Source: a virus
Lineage: Duplodnaviria > Heunggongvirae > Uroviricota > Caudoviricetes
Strand: one strand, 5' to 3'
Virus record (IMG/VR): IMGVR_UViG_2877285697_000003
Span: 1 to 36,641 of that record
DNA: 36,641 nt
Shown: positions 20,071-32,230 of the stretch, piece by piece
How the letters are laid out: the number at the start of each line of letters is the position of its first letter
How positions within the stretch are numbered: position 1 is the stretch's first letter
Notes under the pieces: generated by a model
What the model saw: the letters and a program-made list of their open reading frames with translations, nothing else
Told to the model about the DNA's origin: nothing
The model's database searches: none
Made by a program: the position numbers and the translations under genes

Positions 20071-21180
20071 ATGAACGAACAATCCCAGGCCAAATCACCA
20101 GAAGCCTTGCGCGCAATGGTCGCCGGGACACTGGCCAATTTTCAGCACCCAACCCTGAAGCATAACCTCACCACGCTGAAAGCGTTGCACCATGTCGCCT
20201 GGATGGACGACACGTTGCATGTGGAACTGGTTATGCCATTCGTCTGGCATAGCGCGTTTGAAGAGTTAAAAGAGCAATGTAGCGCCGAACTGCTGCGTAT
20301 CACCGGGGCGAAAGCTATCGACTGGAAACTGTCGCACAATATCGCCACCTTAAAACGCGTGAAGAATCAGCCGGGTATTAATGGTGTGAAGAACATCATT
20401 GCGGTCAGTTCCGGTAAAGGCGGCGTGGGTAAATCCTCCACGGCGGTAAACCTGGCGCTGGCACTGGCGGCGGAAGGGGCGAAAGTCGGCATTCTGGACG
20501 CCGATATCTACGGCCCATCAATTCCCACCATGCTGGGCGCAGAAAATCAGCGTCCAACTTCGCCGGACGGTACCCATATGGCACCGATTATGTCTCATGG
20601 CCTGGCAACCAATTCAATTGGTTATCTGGTCACTGACGACAATGCGATGGTGTGGCGTGGACCGATGGCGAGCAAGGCGTTAATGCAGATGTTGCAGGAA
20701 ACCTTGTGGCCGGATCTCGACTATCTGGTGCTTGATATGCCGCCAGGCACCGGTGACATTCAATTGACGCTGGCGCAAAACATTCCAGTAACTGGTGCAG
20801 TCGTGGTCACCACCCCGCAGGACATCGCGTTGATCGATGCGAAAAAAGGCATTGTGATGTTCGAGAAAGTCGAGGTTCCGGTGCTTGGTATTGTCGAGAA
20901 CATGAGTGTGCATATTTGCAGTAACTGTGGTCACCATGAACCGATTTTCGGTACCGGTGGTGCAGAGAAACTGGCTGAAAAATACCACACACAGCTGCTG
21001 GGGCAGATGCCGTTACACATCTCCTTACGTGAGGATCTCGATAAAGGCACGCCAACGGTTATCAGCCGTCCGGAGAGCGAATTTACCGCTATCTACCGCC
21101 AGCTGGCTGACCGCGTTGCAGCTCAGCTCTACTGGCAGGGTGAAGTCATTCCAGGCGAGATTTCCTTCCGCGCGGTCTAA
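20071..21180 (+). CDS. apbC: Iron-sulfur cluster carrier ATPase ApbC (Mrp)
   Basis: Translation from MNEQSQAK.. with Walker A (SGKGGVGKSS) and CxxC (CSNCGH); divergent from metG as in E. coli. Confidence 0.95.
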   Translation: MNEQSQAKSPEALRAMVAGTLANFQHPTLKHNLTTLKALHHVAWMDDTLHVELVMPFVWHSAFEELKEQCSAELLRITGAKAIDWKLSHNIATLKRVKNQPGINGVKNIIAVSSGKGGVGKSSTAVNLALALAAEGAKVGILDADIYGPSIPTMLGAENQRPTSPDGTHMAPIMSHGLATNSIGYLVTDDNAMVWRGPMASKALMQMLQETLWPDLDYLVLDMPPGTGDIQLTLAQNIPVTGAVVVTTPQDIALIDAKKGIVMFEKVEVPVLGIVENMSVHICSNCGHHEPIFGTGGAEKLAEKYHTQLLGQMPLHISLREDLDKGTPTVISRPESEFTAIYRQLADRVAAQLYWQGEVIPGEISFRAV

Positions 21181-21210
21181 CGCCTATTAACCATTCTGGT
21201 TATTCTTCAT

Positions 21211-21250
21211 ACACCGCAGAGATGTTACATTGATGCGGTGTATTAGTTTT
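21211..21250 (+). terminator. Terminator-like hairpin downstream of apbC
   Basis: ACACCGCA ..15 nt.. TGCGGTGT followed by ATTAGTTTTT, 30 bp after the apbC stop. Confidence 0.5.
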
Positions 21251-21440
21251 TGCCGCATTAATGAACACTTATTTAATACTGCGAATATTCTGCGGACCTT
21301 CGTCCGAAACTCTACAAAGTCGATTGATCATACAGGCAATGCTTCATTATCATCCTTCGTGGCTGTGTAGTGGATGTACAGCTATAGTTTGTTATGCACT
21401 CATTCTATCCAGGCATAACCTTTACTACAGGGATAACGTT

Positions 21441-21748
21441 CAATGGGTAATGACTCCAACTTACTGATAGTGTTTTATGTTCAGATAATGCCCGATGACC
21501 TTGTCATGCAGCTCCACCGATTTTGAGAACGACAGTGACTTCCGTCCCAGCCTTGCCAGATGTTGTCTCAGATTCAGATTATGTCGCTCAATGCGCTGAG
21601 TGTAACGCTTGCTGATAACGTGCAGCTTTCCCTTCAGGCGTGATTCATACAGCGGCCAGCCATCCGTCATCCATACCACGACCTCAAAGGCCGACAGCAG
21701 GCTCAGAAGACGCTCCAGTGTGGCCAGAGTGCGTTCACCGAAGACGTG
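21441..21748 (-). mobile_element. IS1 fragment (right-end ~308 bp with the 3' part of insB), cut by IS911
   Basis: Begins with IS1 terminus GGTAATGACTCCAACTTACTGATAGTG; ORF 21461-21763 encodes the C-terminal 95 residues of InsB; homology ends exactly where IS911 starts. Confidence 0.85.
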
Positions 21749-21756
21749 TGAAGTGG

Positions 21757-22925
<1,169 letters not shown>

Positions 22926-23282
22926 TGGAGCACCTGTGTTGTTCTGAGGTGAGCATATCACCTCTGTTCAGGTGGCCAAATTCAGTGTGCCACTTCACCT
23001 CCGCAAATAACGGATGGCGTAGTTTTACACTGAGAAATGAAAGGGATTTGAAAAGAAAAAAACGCAAAAGCGGGCGAAACGATATATACAGTAAGGAAAG
23101 CACTCTATCCAACAAACCACCCACAGTTAATCGGAATAAAAGCAGAGTGCTTATGAATGATCGCACGCCCGAAGGTTAGTATTTCTGCACAGCAATTTTG
23201 CAAAAAAAGGCGATCATTCATAACTTAAACGTCTTTCAGTCACTCCGGGATTTCCCATCATCGCAGACTGAAAGACTCTGAC

Positions 23283-23357
<75 letters not shown>

Positions 23358-23360
23358 ATA

Positions 23361-23436
<76 letters not shown>

Positions 23437-23438
23437 GC

Positions 23439-23515
23439 TGGCCCACCACCGAGGACTCGAACCTCGCACCGTCAACTTAGAAGGTTGATGCTCTATCCGG
23501 ATGAGCTAGTGGTGG
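23439..23515 (-). tRNA. tRNA-Arg (anticodon UCU), atypical C1:G72 acceptor end
   Basis: 77 nt: acceptor CCACCAC/GTGGTGG, D-arm GCTC..GAGC, anticodon stem TCAAC/GTTGA with loop CTTCTAA, T-arm CGAGG TTCGAGT CCTCG, discriminator G plus CCA. Confidence 0.65.
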
Positions 23516-23516
23516 T

Positions 23517-23593
23517 TGGTGGCCCTTGCTGGACTTGAACCAGCGACCTGGCGATTATGAGTCGCTCGCTCTGACCAACTGAGCTAAAGGGCC
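23517..23593 (-). tRNA. tRNA with CAU anticodon (Ile2/Met type, ileZ-like of lambdoid phages)
   Basis: 77 nt: acceptor GGCCCTT/AAGGGCC, D-arm GCTCAGTTGGTCAGAGC, anticodon loop CTCATAA, T-loop GGTTCAAGTCC, 3' ACCA. Confidence 0.75.
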
Positions 23594-23679
23594 GGAGGCA
23601 GAATAATAACCATATGTCATCACATCTGCAAACTCATCTGACCACCAGCGTGTTTAACGTCCTGTACCGTTTTTCAGGC

Positions 23680-23706
23680 ATAAAAAACCCGCCCGGAGGC
23701 GGGTTT
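23680..23706 (-). terminator. Rho-independent terminator downstream of Q (tR'-like)
   Basis: On the minus strand AAACCCGCC tccg GGCGGGTTT followed by TTTATG, about 90 bp downstream of the Q stop and upstream of the tRNA cluster. Confidence 0.5.
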
Positions 23707-23792
23707 AAGCTGTGTGGCGAAGCAACCACTCTTAACAGAATATCCCGTTTTTTACGTACGTAAAATATTTTCTAGAAAGTCGCCCCTTACCA

Positions 23793-24173
23793 TCAGGGAT
23801 GTTCAATATATTTGTCCATTTCTAACCGGACACCCAACATCATCAACATTCCTTCCACCACCCCCTCGGCTTTTTGTAGCTTCTTTCCTATATAACCATC
23901 TGAGCATCCATGCTTCCGCGCCAGCGTCATGAATGTCATCCCAAACACGTAGTAGTCAACCAGCAAGTCATGTAGATCGTTGTTGTTCCGGTTAAGGCGG
24001 GCCATACACCCACATATAACCATCGCGTCATCGTCACAGCATTGCGGGCGGGATTTTACTTTTGAAGGGATTAATCCCTTAAAACCGGCAGCAATGGACG
24101 ACCAGGTCACATCCTCATGATTATTAGCCACCCACGCGCCCCAGCGCTCAAGAACCTGCTGAATATCACGCAT
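23793..24173 (-). CDS. Q: Late-gene antitermination protein Q-like
   Basis: Position after ninH and before terminator plus tRNAs; cysteine-rich segment (..[20 protein letters not shown]..) consistent with Q-family zinc-binding antiterminators; start set at the internal ATG 4 bp after the ninH stop. Confidence 0.65.
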   Translation of the reverse strand: MRDIQQVLERWGAWVANNHEDVTWSSIAAGFKGLIPSKVKSRPQCCDDDAMVICGCMARLNRNNNDLHDLLVDYYVFGMTFMTLARKHGCSDGYIGKKLQKAEGVVEGMLMMLGVRLEMDKYIEHP

Positions 24174-24369
24174 CACTGTCTTTACCCCTGTCCCATCCAC
24201 GATGAACAATCAGAACACCATCAACAATGGCGTGCCCTTTGCCCTCTTTATCTTCAGCATATTTTCTTACCGTGGCGCGATTACAGTTCAGCATTCGTGA
24301 AACTTCGGTCATATTACCTCGTGTCTGGATAAGCAGTTCCGGTATCGTTTGAATTTTGACGCTCATCAA
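24166..24369 (-). CDS. ninH: NinH-like protein
   Basis: 67-aa translation (..[56 protein letters not shown]..) resembles lambda NinH as recalled. Confidence 0.7.
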   Translation of the reverse strand: MMSVKIQTIPELLIQTRGNMTEVSRMLNCNRATVRKYAEDKEGKGHAIVDGVLIVHRGWDRGKDSDA

Positions 24370-24460
24370 ATACTCTCCGGTTCGGTGATTTTTATCCCGG
24401 GCTTTCCACCAGGGACATAATGATCGCGCACAAGCCAGGGCAAAACAAACTCATGGCGCA

Positions 24461-24718
24461 TCAGCGCAGCGCCTCCTGCACCAGTTTTTCAAACTTTCCG
24501 ACTCTGGTTTCCAGCTCTGCCACACAGTCCACCAGCTCATCTACTGCTTTCTGTGCGCGATGCTTCGCCTGCATCAGTTCCCGAAGCGCGGGTACCATAT
24601 CTTTACGGATAGCGTCTTTTGTTATGCCCGTTTTTTCGAGTTGTTCAGCATGACGCAGCATTTCCTGCGCGTGTTTACGCAATTGTTCAGGGGTAAAAGT
24701 CATTGTCTGGTTGTTCAA
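24461..24718 (-). CDS. Hypothetical 85-aa coiled-coil protein
   Basis: ORF whose start overlaps the stop of the upstream helicase gene by 4 nt; helical heptad-like composition. Confidence 0.45.
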   Translation of the reverse strand: MNNQTMTFTPEQLRKHAQEMLRHAEQLEKTGITKDAIRKDMVPALRELMQAKHRAQKAVDELVDCVAELETRVGKFEKLVQEALR

Positions 24719-26106
24719 AAGAAACGCTCCATCTTACTGCTGTCAGTTCGTTTATTACTGTATCTGCGCGGATTGCCGGGCTTCATGGGAGTGGAAAGCA
24801 CCCGTGCACTTTCCTGGTCCACAGGCAGAAAATGTCCGTTATAAAAACGCCGGTAAATCGTTCCCAGAGAACCGTTACGTTGTTTCGTGATATTGATTTC
24901 TGCGATGCCCCTGGCCTGCGTATCCGGGTTGTACACTTCATCCCTGTAAAGCATCAGAATGATGTCTGCATCCGCCTCTATTTCTCCGGAATTTTTCAGG
25001 TCTGAGTTCATGGGACGTTTATTGGGTCTGGACTCCACACCGCGGGAGAGCTGGCTCAGCGCAATCAACGGAAAACCACCGGATTTTGCCAGGCCTTTAA
25101 GCCCCTTTGAGATTTCACCCACGGCAAGGTCATGACGCCCCGTGGTTCGGGTTTTTATCAGCCCGAGATAATCAACCACCACCAGCGCCGTTTCCGGATA
25201 TTTAATCAGGTGGTGTTTCGTTGTTGCGCATATCTCATCAATGGCCAGGTTCGCCTGGTCCACCATCCAGATATTGCGCCCGGTCATCCGCCCCACCCCT
25301 TGTGAGAAACGCGCCCAGTCTTCATCTTCAAAGTGAGCCACAGATTTCAGGCGTGATACTGGCATCCCTCCAGCCGCAGACACCATACGTTCACCAATCT
25401 GGATGTTCGCCATCTCCATGGTGAACAGAAGCACACCATGCCCCTGCTCAGTCACCTTGTCGATGATGTCCAGCGCAAGTTCGGTTTTCCCCATCGAAGG
25501 ACGGGCGGCAATGAATACCAGGTCTCCGGGCTCCATACCGCCTGTTTTTGCGTCCAGTTCATCAATACCGGTCATCAACGTCCTGGATTTCTCCAGCCCC
25601 TGATTCCGGCATTCAACACGCTCAACCACTTCCGGAAGCACATCATCAATATGTACCGGCTGAATGACGCCCTTTCCTGTCGACAGTGTGACCATCATGT
25701 TCTGCGCATCCTTCAGGGCATCTTCAGCTGCTTCACAGGTATGCGCATCACGTAATTTCTGCAGCGCCTCATTCAGTGTTTTTTCTGCATCGCGCAGTGC
25801 GGCATTGCGCCGCAACGCTGCAACATAGTGCTCCAGTGAAGACTTCACCCAGGTTTTACGCCCGGTATCAGTAATCACCGGGGCAAGTTCCGGCATCTCA
25901 TTACACAACAGCACGGGGTCAATCACTCCTGAAACACGGGCCTGTCTGCAGATGCCTGTATAGATATCCTGATACGCTCGTACAGAAAAAACGTCCGCTG
26001 GCAGTGTGGCCAGAATATCCATCACTTCAGGATCTGCTCCGCGCAGAAAGAACGCGCCGATGACAGCGCCTTCAAGGTCATCGTTACGCCATACTGGAGT
26101 TGTCAT
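24715..26106 (-). CDS. DnaB-family replicative DNA helicase (phage-encoded)
   Basis: 463-aa translation with Walker A (..ARPSMGKTELALD..) and RecA-like C-terminal domain; ATGA overlap with the upstream DnaC-like gene. Confidence 0.85.
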   Translation of the reverse strand: MTTPVWRNDDLEGAVIGAFFLRGADPEVMDILATLPADVFSVRAYQDIYTGICRQARVSGVIDPVLLCNEMPELAPVITDTGRKTWVKSSLEHYVAALRRNAALRDAEKTLNEALQKLRDAHTCEAAEDALKDAQNMMVTLSTGKGVIQPVHIDDVLPEVVERVECRNQGLEKSRTLMTGIDELDAKTGGMEPGDLVFIAARPSMGKTELALDIIDKVTEQGHGVLLFTMEMANIQIGERMVSAAGGMPVSRLKSVAHFEDEDWARFSQGVGRMTGRNIWMVDQANLAIDEICATTKHHLIKYPETALVVVDYLGLIKTRTTGRHDLAVGEISKGLKGLAKSGGFPLIALSQLSRGVESRPNKRPMNSDLKNSGEIEADADIILMLYRDEVYNPDTQARGIAEINITKQRNGSLGTIYRRFYNGHFLPVDQESARVLSTPMKPGNPRRYSNKRTDSSKMERFF

Positions 26107-26564
26107 GCAGCCACACCTCTGATACGAGAACGGTAACTGGGCCAGTTAAACGACAACCAGTTGCGTCCCCCGTCTGTGATCCTGTCGGCAATTCGGGGAC
26201 TGATGAACGCCCACAACTCTTCCGGTGAGAGGTTACTGATCAGAATGGTGGGCAAGATACTTTCGTACCTGGCGTTGATAATTTCCTGCAAAATAGCCAT
26301 TTCAGCCGCGCTGCCAAACTGAACGCCAACTTCGTCGATGATCAGCAAATCCATTGACGCATAACGCTCAATAACTTCATCCGCTGTTTTTTCGCTGTCA
26401 TTCCGCCAGCAATTTTTCACAGCACGGGTAAGGCGCATCACGTCGGTGATCTCCACACTGGCCAGATAGTTACGGATGATGTGTTTTGCCATAGCCACAG
26501 CCAGATGATTTTTTCCGGTACCACAACTGCCGGTCATAACAAGACTGGTACCGTTCTCCAGCAT
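26103..26564 (-). pseudogene. DnaC/IstB-like AAA+ helicase loader, 5'-truncated
   Basis: ORF starts directly at the Walker A region (..LVMTGSCGTGKNHLAVAMA.. DLLIIDEVG..) with no N-terminal domain; truncation abuts the IS10-like element. Confidence 0.6.
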
Positions 26565-26675
26565 ATCTGGCCAGTTCTCCGCATAGCGGCGACAGGCCGC
26601 AAGATTTCTGGCTGCGTCAGGATTAACCTCCAGATAATTATCAAACTCGCAGTCCCGAAAACGCAGGGCAATTCC

Positions 26676-27969
26676 CTGAGGAATCCCCAGAAAACAAGAC
26701 AGGCATAGTGAGATGTGATCTAATTGATTGTGCTAACAATTTCAAGGAGATCACCACTATGCCTGCACGTTCATTATGCCAAAATTTCCTTAACAACATA
26801 CTGGCCCCTTTGCATCTTTACCGTCAAAAATCACTGATTGACGCAACTAATGCTGTAATAAATGGCGCTTCCCTCACACTTACCAGTATCGGGCGTCATT
26901 TAACCGGTACGGCATCAGTTAAAAACAAAATAAAACGGGTGGATCGACTGTTGGGGAATCGACATTTGCAAAATGAGGTTTCCACCATTTTTCAGCGAAT
27001 TACCCAAAAGATTACGCGGGGAATGTCTCGTGTTGTGATACTCATTGACTGGAGTGCTTATCATGCCTCTCGTTTTCAGCTTTTGCGGGCAAGCCTGGCA
27101 TGTGACGGGCGTTCTTTACCGTTGATGAGTTGTGTCGTTCCATCATCACAGACAGCGAATGCAGATGTACATGAGCGTTTTCTGGAATCGCTTGCTGAGT
27201 GCTTTTCCCCCGGGACTGATGTCATTGTTATTACAGATGCCGGTTTTCAGGGGCGATGGTTCCAACAGCTCCGCTCCCGTGGCTGGACCTATATTTGCCG
27301 GGTACTGGGCAATCATTATTACAATGTTGGTAATGGCTGGGAAAAGGTGTCGGACTCAGGCACAAAAGCATCAACGACAGCAATTTATTTAGGTGAAGGC
27401 CTGCTGGGTCGAGATAAAAATGCACAACATGAAGGGCATTTTTATCTTTATAAAAGTAAGCCTAAAGGTCGTAGATTTAAACGCTCGAAGGAAAGAGCAA
27501 CCAGACCATCGGTGACGGCTAAAGCTCGTACTGCCGGGAAATCACCATGGTTTATTTTCACAAACAGTACTGAGTTCTCGCCAAAACAGGTAATGAAATT
27601 ATACAGACGTAGAATGCAAATTGAGCAAAATTTCAGGGATGAAAAAAATCCTCGCTGGGGATTTGGACTACGGTTTGGTGCCAGTCATTCATCCGGGCGG
27701 GTCACGGTATTGAGTCTGAGCGCAACATTAGCCAGTATCATTATGTGGTTAAGCGGTTTCAGCCTGGAAAACAAAGGGATACATCATAAATATCAGGCAA
27801 ATACAGTGAAGCACAGGCGAGTCATCTCGTTATTAAAACTGGCGGAGAATGTGATTCGACATTCTCCACTCATACTAAACACACTGTCACTTGACGCAGG
27901 GCTGAACGTTCTACAGCAACGGTATACCAATATGATAATGGTTTACTAAATTTTCTGGGGATCCCTCAG
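26676..27969 (+). mobile_element. IS4-family insertion sequence, IS10-like, about 1294 bp
   Basis: Terminal inverted repeats CTGAGGAATCCCCAGAAAA (26676-26694) and TTTTCTGGGGATCCCTCAG (27951-27969), similar to IS10 ends; flanking 9-mers are not a direct repeat. Confidence 0.8.
26759..27949 (+). CDS. IS4-family (IS10-like) DDE transposase
   Basis: Translation shares recalled IS10 transposase segments (..[18 protein letters not shown]..) and the IS4-family YREK signature ([15 protein letters not shown]); ORF track start 26708 is an alternative. Confidence 0.85.
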   Translation: MPARSLCQNFLNNILAPLHLYRQKSLIDATNAVINGASLTLTSIGRHLTGTASVKNKIKRVDRLLGNRHLQNEVSTIFQRITQKITRGMSRVVILIDWSAYHASRFQLLRASLACDGRSLPLMSCVVPSSQTANADVHERFLESLAECFSPGTDVIVITDAGFQGRWFQQLRSRGWTYICRVLGNHYYNVGNGWEKVSDSGTKASTTAIYLGEGLLGRDKNAQHEGHFYLYKSKPKGRRFKRSKERATRPSVTAKARTAGKSPWFIFTNSTEFSPKQVMKLYRRRMQIEQNFRDEKNPRWGFGLRFGASHSSGRVTVLSLSATLASIIMWLSGFSLENKGIHHKYQANTVKHRRVISLLKLAENVIRHSPLILNTLSLDAGLNVLQQRYTNMIMVY

Positions 27970-30588
27970 GGGAAACGTCTTGGTGCGGCAGATGTGGACA
28001 AATGGGCGCTGTATGTCATCGGCCAGTACTGCGACCAGTCAGTGCCGGACGGATTTGGCGGCACGGAGCCGCGCATCACCTGTAACGCTTACCTGACCAC
28101 ACAGCGTAAGGCGTGGGATGTGCTCAGTGATTTCTGCTCGGCGATGCGCTGTATGCCGGTATGGAACGGGCAGACGCTGACGTTCGTGCAGGAGCGACCG
28201 TCGGATAAGGTGTGGACCTATAACCGCAGTAATGTGGTGATGCCGGATGATGGCGCGCCGTTCCGTTACAGCTTCAGCGCCCTGAAGGACCGCCATAATG
28301 CCGTTGAGGTGAACTGGATTGATCCGGACAACGGTCATGAGACGGCGACAGAGCTTGTGGAGGACACGCAGGCCATTCTCCGTTACGGTCGTAACGTCAC
28401 GAAGATGGATGCCTTTGGCTGTACCAGCCGGGGACAGGCGCACCGCGCCGGGCTGTGGCTGATTAAAACAGAACTGCTGGAAACGCAGACCGTGGACTTC
28501 AGCGTGGGTGCTGAAGGGCTTCGCCATGTACCGGGCGATGTCATTGAAATCTGCGATGATGACTATGCCGGTATCAGCACCGGCGGGCGCGTGCTGGCGG
28601 TGAACAGCCAGACCCGGACGCTGACGCTCGACCGTGAAATCACGCTGCCATCCTCCGGTACCACGCTGATAAGCCTGGTTGACGGAAGTGGCAATCCGGT
28701 CAGCGTGGAGGTCCAGTCCGTCACCGACGGCGTGAAGGTGAAAGTGAGCCGTATTCCTGACGGCGTTGCCGGATACAGCGTGTGGGGGCTGAAGCTGCCG
28801 ACGCTGCACCAGCGCCTGTTCCGCTGTGTGAGTATCCGTGAGAACGACGACGGCACGTATGCCATCACCGCCGTGCAGCATGTGCCGGAAAAAGAGGCCA
28901 TTGTGGATAACGGGGCACACTTTGACAGTGACCGGCGCGGCACGGTGAATGGTGTCTCGCCGCCAGCAGTGCAGCACCTGACCGCCGAAGTCATCGCAGG
29001 CAGCGGGGAATATCAGGTGCTGGCGCGCTGGGACACGCCGAAGGTGGTGAAGGGGGGGAGCTTCCTGCTTCGCCTGACCGTGGCAGCGGATGACGGCAGT
29101 GAGCGGCTGGTCAGCACAGCCCGGACGACGGAAACCACATATCGTTTCACGCAGCTTGCGTTGGGGCGTTATACGCTGACAGTCCGGGCGGTAAATGCCC
29201 GGGGGCAGCAGGGCGATCCGGTGTCGGTATCGTTCCGGATTGCGGCACCGGCAGCGCCTGTCACTATTGAACTGATACCGGGGTATTTTCAGATAACGGC
29301 GGTCCCGAAACTGGCTGTATATGACCCGACGGTGCAGTTTGAGTTCTGGTTTTCGGAAAAGCGGATTGCGGATATCAGGCAGGTTGAAACCAGCGCCCGC
29401 TATCTTGGCACGGCGCTGTACTGGATAGCCACCAGTATCAATATCAGGCCGGGCCATGATTATTATTTTTACGTTCGCAGTGTGAACACCGTTGGCAAAT
29501 CGGCATTTGTGGAGGCCGTCGGTCGGGCGAGCGATGATGCGGAAGGTTATCTGAGTTTTTATAAAGGGTTGATCAATAAAACGCATCTCGGCAAGGAGTT
29601 GTGGACGCAGATTGATAACGGTCAGCTTGCGCCGGACCTGACTGAAATCAGGACGTCCATTACGAATGTCAGCAATGAAATCACGCAAACCGTCAATAAA
29701 AAACTGGAAAATCAGAGTGCTGCAATCCAGCAGATACAGAAAGTTCAGGTTGATACAAATAATAACCTGAACAGCATGTGGGCTGTGAAGCTGCAACAGA
29801 TGAAGGACGGACGCCTTTATATTGCGGGTATCGGTGCCGGTATTGAGAATACGCCAGCAGGAATGCAGAGTCAGGTGCTGCTGGCGGCAGACAGGATTGC
29901 GATGATTAATCCTGCGAATGGCAACACAAAGCCGATGTTTGTTGGTCAGGGCGATCAGATATTCATGAACGACGTGTTCCTGAAACGCCTGACGGCTCCG
30001 ACCATTACCAGCGGCGGTAATCCTCCGGCATTTTCCCTGACACCTGGCGGACGGCTGACGGCGAAAAATGCCGATATCAGCGGTAACGTGAACGCGAACT
30101 CCGGGACGCTCAACAACGTCACGATTAATAAGAACTGTCGGGTTCTGGGAAAATTGTCCGCGAACCAGATTGAAGGCGATCTCGTTAAAACAGTGGGCAA
30201 ACCTTTCCCACGGGACTCCCGGGCACCGGAGAGGTGGCCATCAGGGACCATTACCGTCAGGGTTTATGACGATCAGCCGTTTGATCGGCAAATTGTTATT
30301 CCCGCGGTGGCGTTTCGCGGTGCTAAACATGAGCGGAAGAATAACAATATTTATTCGTCATGCCGCCTGATAGTGAAGAAAAACGGTGCTGAAATTTATA
30401 ACCGAACGACCCTGGATAATACGCTGATATATACGGGTGTTATTGATATGCCTGCCGGTCACGGTCACATGACGCTGGAGTTTTCTGTATCGGCATGGCT
30501 GGTAAATGGCTGGTATCCCACAGCAAGTATCAGCGATTTGCTGGTTGTTGTGATGAAGAAAGCCACTGCAGGCATCACGATTAGCTGA
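27970..30588 (+). pseudogene. J: Host specificity / tail-tip protein J (lambda gpJ), 5'-truncated at the IS10-like element; C-terminal ~870 aa present
   Basis: Translation is near-identical to the C-terminal three quarters of phage lambda J as recalled (..[65 protein letters not shown]..); reading frame is open back to the IS end. Confidence 0.9.
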
Positions 30589-30607
30589 ATTTTATAACCC
30601 AGATACG

Positions 30608-30633
30608 GGCACCAGAAATGGTGCCTTTTTTAT
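30608..30633 (+). terminator. Rho-independent terminator after J
   Basis: GGCACC agaaat GGTGCC followed by TTTTTTATT, 20 bp after the J stop. Confidence 0.55.
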
Positions 30634-30655
30634 TGCAGAAAAGCGAGAGGTAATT

Positions 30656-31255
30656 ATGCGTAAAGTTTGTGCAGCCATTTTGTCCGCAGCCATCTGTCTG
30701 GCTGTATCCGGTGCGCCTGCATGGGCGTCTGAACATCAGTCCACGCTGAGCGCCGGGTATCTTCAGCCCCATACTGATATGCCAGGCAGCGATGACCTGA
30801 AGGGCATTAACGTGAAATACCGTTATGAGTTTACGGACACGCTGGGGCTGGTGACGTCATTCAGCTATGCCAACGCTGAAGATGAGCAAAAAACGCATTA
30901 CAGCGATACCCGCTGGCATGAGGATTCCGTGCGTAACCGCTGGTTCAGCGTGATGGCGGGGCCGTCTGTGCGCGTGAATGAATGGTTCAGCGCGTATGCG
31001 ATGGCGGGCGTGGCTTACAGCCGTGTGTCGACCTTCTCCGGGGATTATCTCCGCGTAACTGACAACAAGGGGAAAACGCACGATGTGCTGACCGGGAGTG
31101 ATGACGGTCGCCACAGCAACACGTCTCTGGCGTGGGGAGCTGGCGTGCAGTTTAACCCGACCGAATCCGTGGCCGTTGACGTCGCTTATGAAGGCTCCGG
31201 CAGCGGTGACTGGCGTACCAACAGTTTCATCGTGGGTGTCGGTTATAAATTCTGA
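30656..31255 (+). CDS. lom: Lom-like outer membrane protein (Ail/Lom/OmpX family)
   Basis: 199-aa ORF with signal peptide (MRKVCAAILSAAICLAVSGAPAWA), beta-barrel-like alternating pattern and C-terminal ..GVGYKF; located after J as in lambda. Confidence 0.85.
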   Translation: MRKVCAAILSAAICLAVSGAPAWASEHQSTLSAGYLQPHTDMPGSDDLKGINVKYRYEFTDTLGLVTSFSYANAEDEQKTHYSDTRWHEDSVRNRWFSVMAGPSVRVNEWFSAYAMAGVAYSRVSTFSGDYLRVTDNKGKTHDVLTGSDDGRHSNTSLAWGAGVQFNPTESVAVDVAYEGSGSGDWRTNSFIVGVGYKF

Positions 31256-31280
31256 TTAGCCAGGTAACACAGTGTTATGA

Positions 31281-31306
31281 CAGCCCGCCGTTTCAGGCGG
31301 GCTTTT
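31281..31306 (+). terminator. Rho-independent terminator after lom
   Basis: AGCCCGCC gtttca GGCGGGCT followed by TTTTTGTG. Confidence 0.55.
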
Positions 31307-31318
31307 TGTGGGGTGAAT

Positions 31319-32230
31319 ATGGCAGTAAAGATTTCAGGTGTACTGAAAGATGGGGCGGGTAAACCTGTCGTAAATTGTGCGATTGAACTGCGGGCCAGAA
31401 GAACCAGTCCGACCGTTGTGGCACACGTTGTTGCCACTTGCGTGACGGACAATAACGGTGCTTATGTGATTGAGGCTGAGCCGGGGTATTACGAGGTTGC
31501 GCTTCACTGTAACGGCTGGCAGCCAACCCGTGTCGGGGATATTGATGTGGCACCGACTGATGCACCGGGGACACTGAACGCGTTTCTGAATGCACCAAAG
31601 GATGGTGATTTACGTCCGGAGGTGATGAAGCGCTTTGAGGAAATGGTGGCGCAGGCGCAGCAGAGTGCCGGGGCTGCAGCCGGAAACGCACAGCAGACGG
31701 CGCAGGATGTGGCGGCAGCCGCAGGTTATGCCCGCGCAGCAGAACAGGCCAAAAATGACATTGATGCTGCGCTGACCGGCACTCTGAAAACGGCTAACCA
31801 TCTGTCTGAAATCGCAGCAGCAGGCGAAAAGGCACAACAGAAGTCCCGGGATAATCTGGGGCTGAAAAGTGCAGCCACGATGGAAGCACAGAGCGACATT
31901 TACGACCGGACAAAAGGCCGTCTGGCGATACCCGGCGCATTCGGCTTTGGGCGTGCTTTTCTGCCTGAAGATGTTATCCGTTTTGACACTAAGAGTGATT
32001 TCCTGGCCTGGGTAAGGAATGCGCTGCCAGGTGAGTATTCCGTTGCTGGCCGCCTGGGCATCATACCCGACACACGGTTTGAAGGGGTGCTCAGCATCCG
32101 GTGGACTGATGCACGCCCTGAGACAACAGAACCGCGGTACAGAGCCAAATCCCTTACTTTTTACGGCATTAACGGCCCCATTTATCACACCCGCTACTGC
32201 TACTGGCCCATATCCAGACTGACTGGGTGA
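31319..32230 (+). CDS. stf: Side tail fiber protein, Stf N-terminal-domain homologue (303 aa)
   Basis: N-terminus MAVKISGVLKDGAGKPV.. matches the lambda Stf N-terminus as recalled; start at 31319 follows the lom terminator (ORF track start 31277 lies inside that hairpin). Confidence 0.7.
   Translation: MAVKISGVLKDGAGKPVVNCAIELRARRTSPTVVAHVVATCVTDNNGAYVIEAEPGYYEVALHCNGWQPTRVGDIDVAPTDAPGTLNAFLNAPKDGDLRPEVMKRFEEMVAQAQQSAGAAAGNAQQTAQDVAAAAGYARAAEQAKNDIDAALTGTLKTANHLSEIAAAGEKAQQKSRDNLGLKSAATMEAQSDIYDRTKGRLAIPGAFGFGRAFLPEDVIRFDTKSDFLAWVRNALPGEYSVAGRLGIIPDTRFEGVLSIRWTDARPETTEPRYRAKSLTFYGINGPIYHTRYCYWPISRLTG

Noticed and set aside
22997-23282. Possible toxin genes (stx-like) or lysis genes downstream of the phage tRNAs
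   Set aside because: The 285 bp between the last tRNA and IS911 has no substantial ORF, and the ORFs that touch it run into the IS terminus; whatever followed the tRNAs has been replaced by IS911.
28039-29796. 585-aa ORF on the minus strand
   Set aside because: Entirely antisense to the J coding sequence, whose translation matches lambda J; Arg/Pro/His-rich composition typical of an antisense frame in GC-rich coding DNA.
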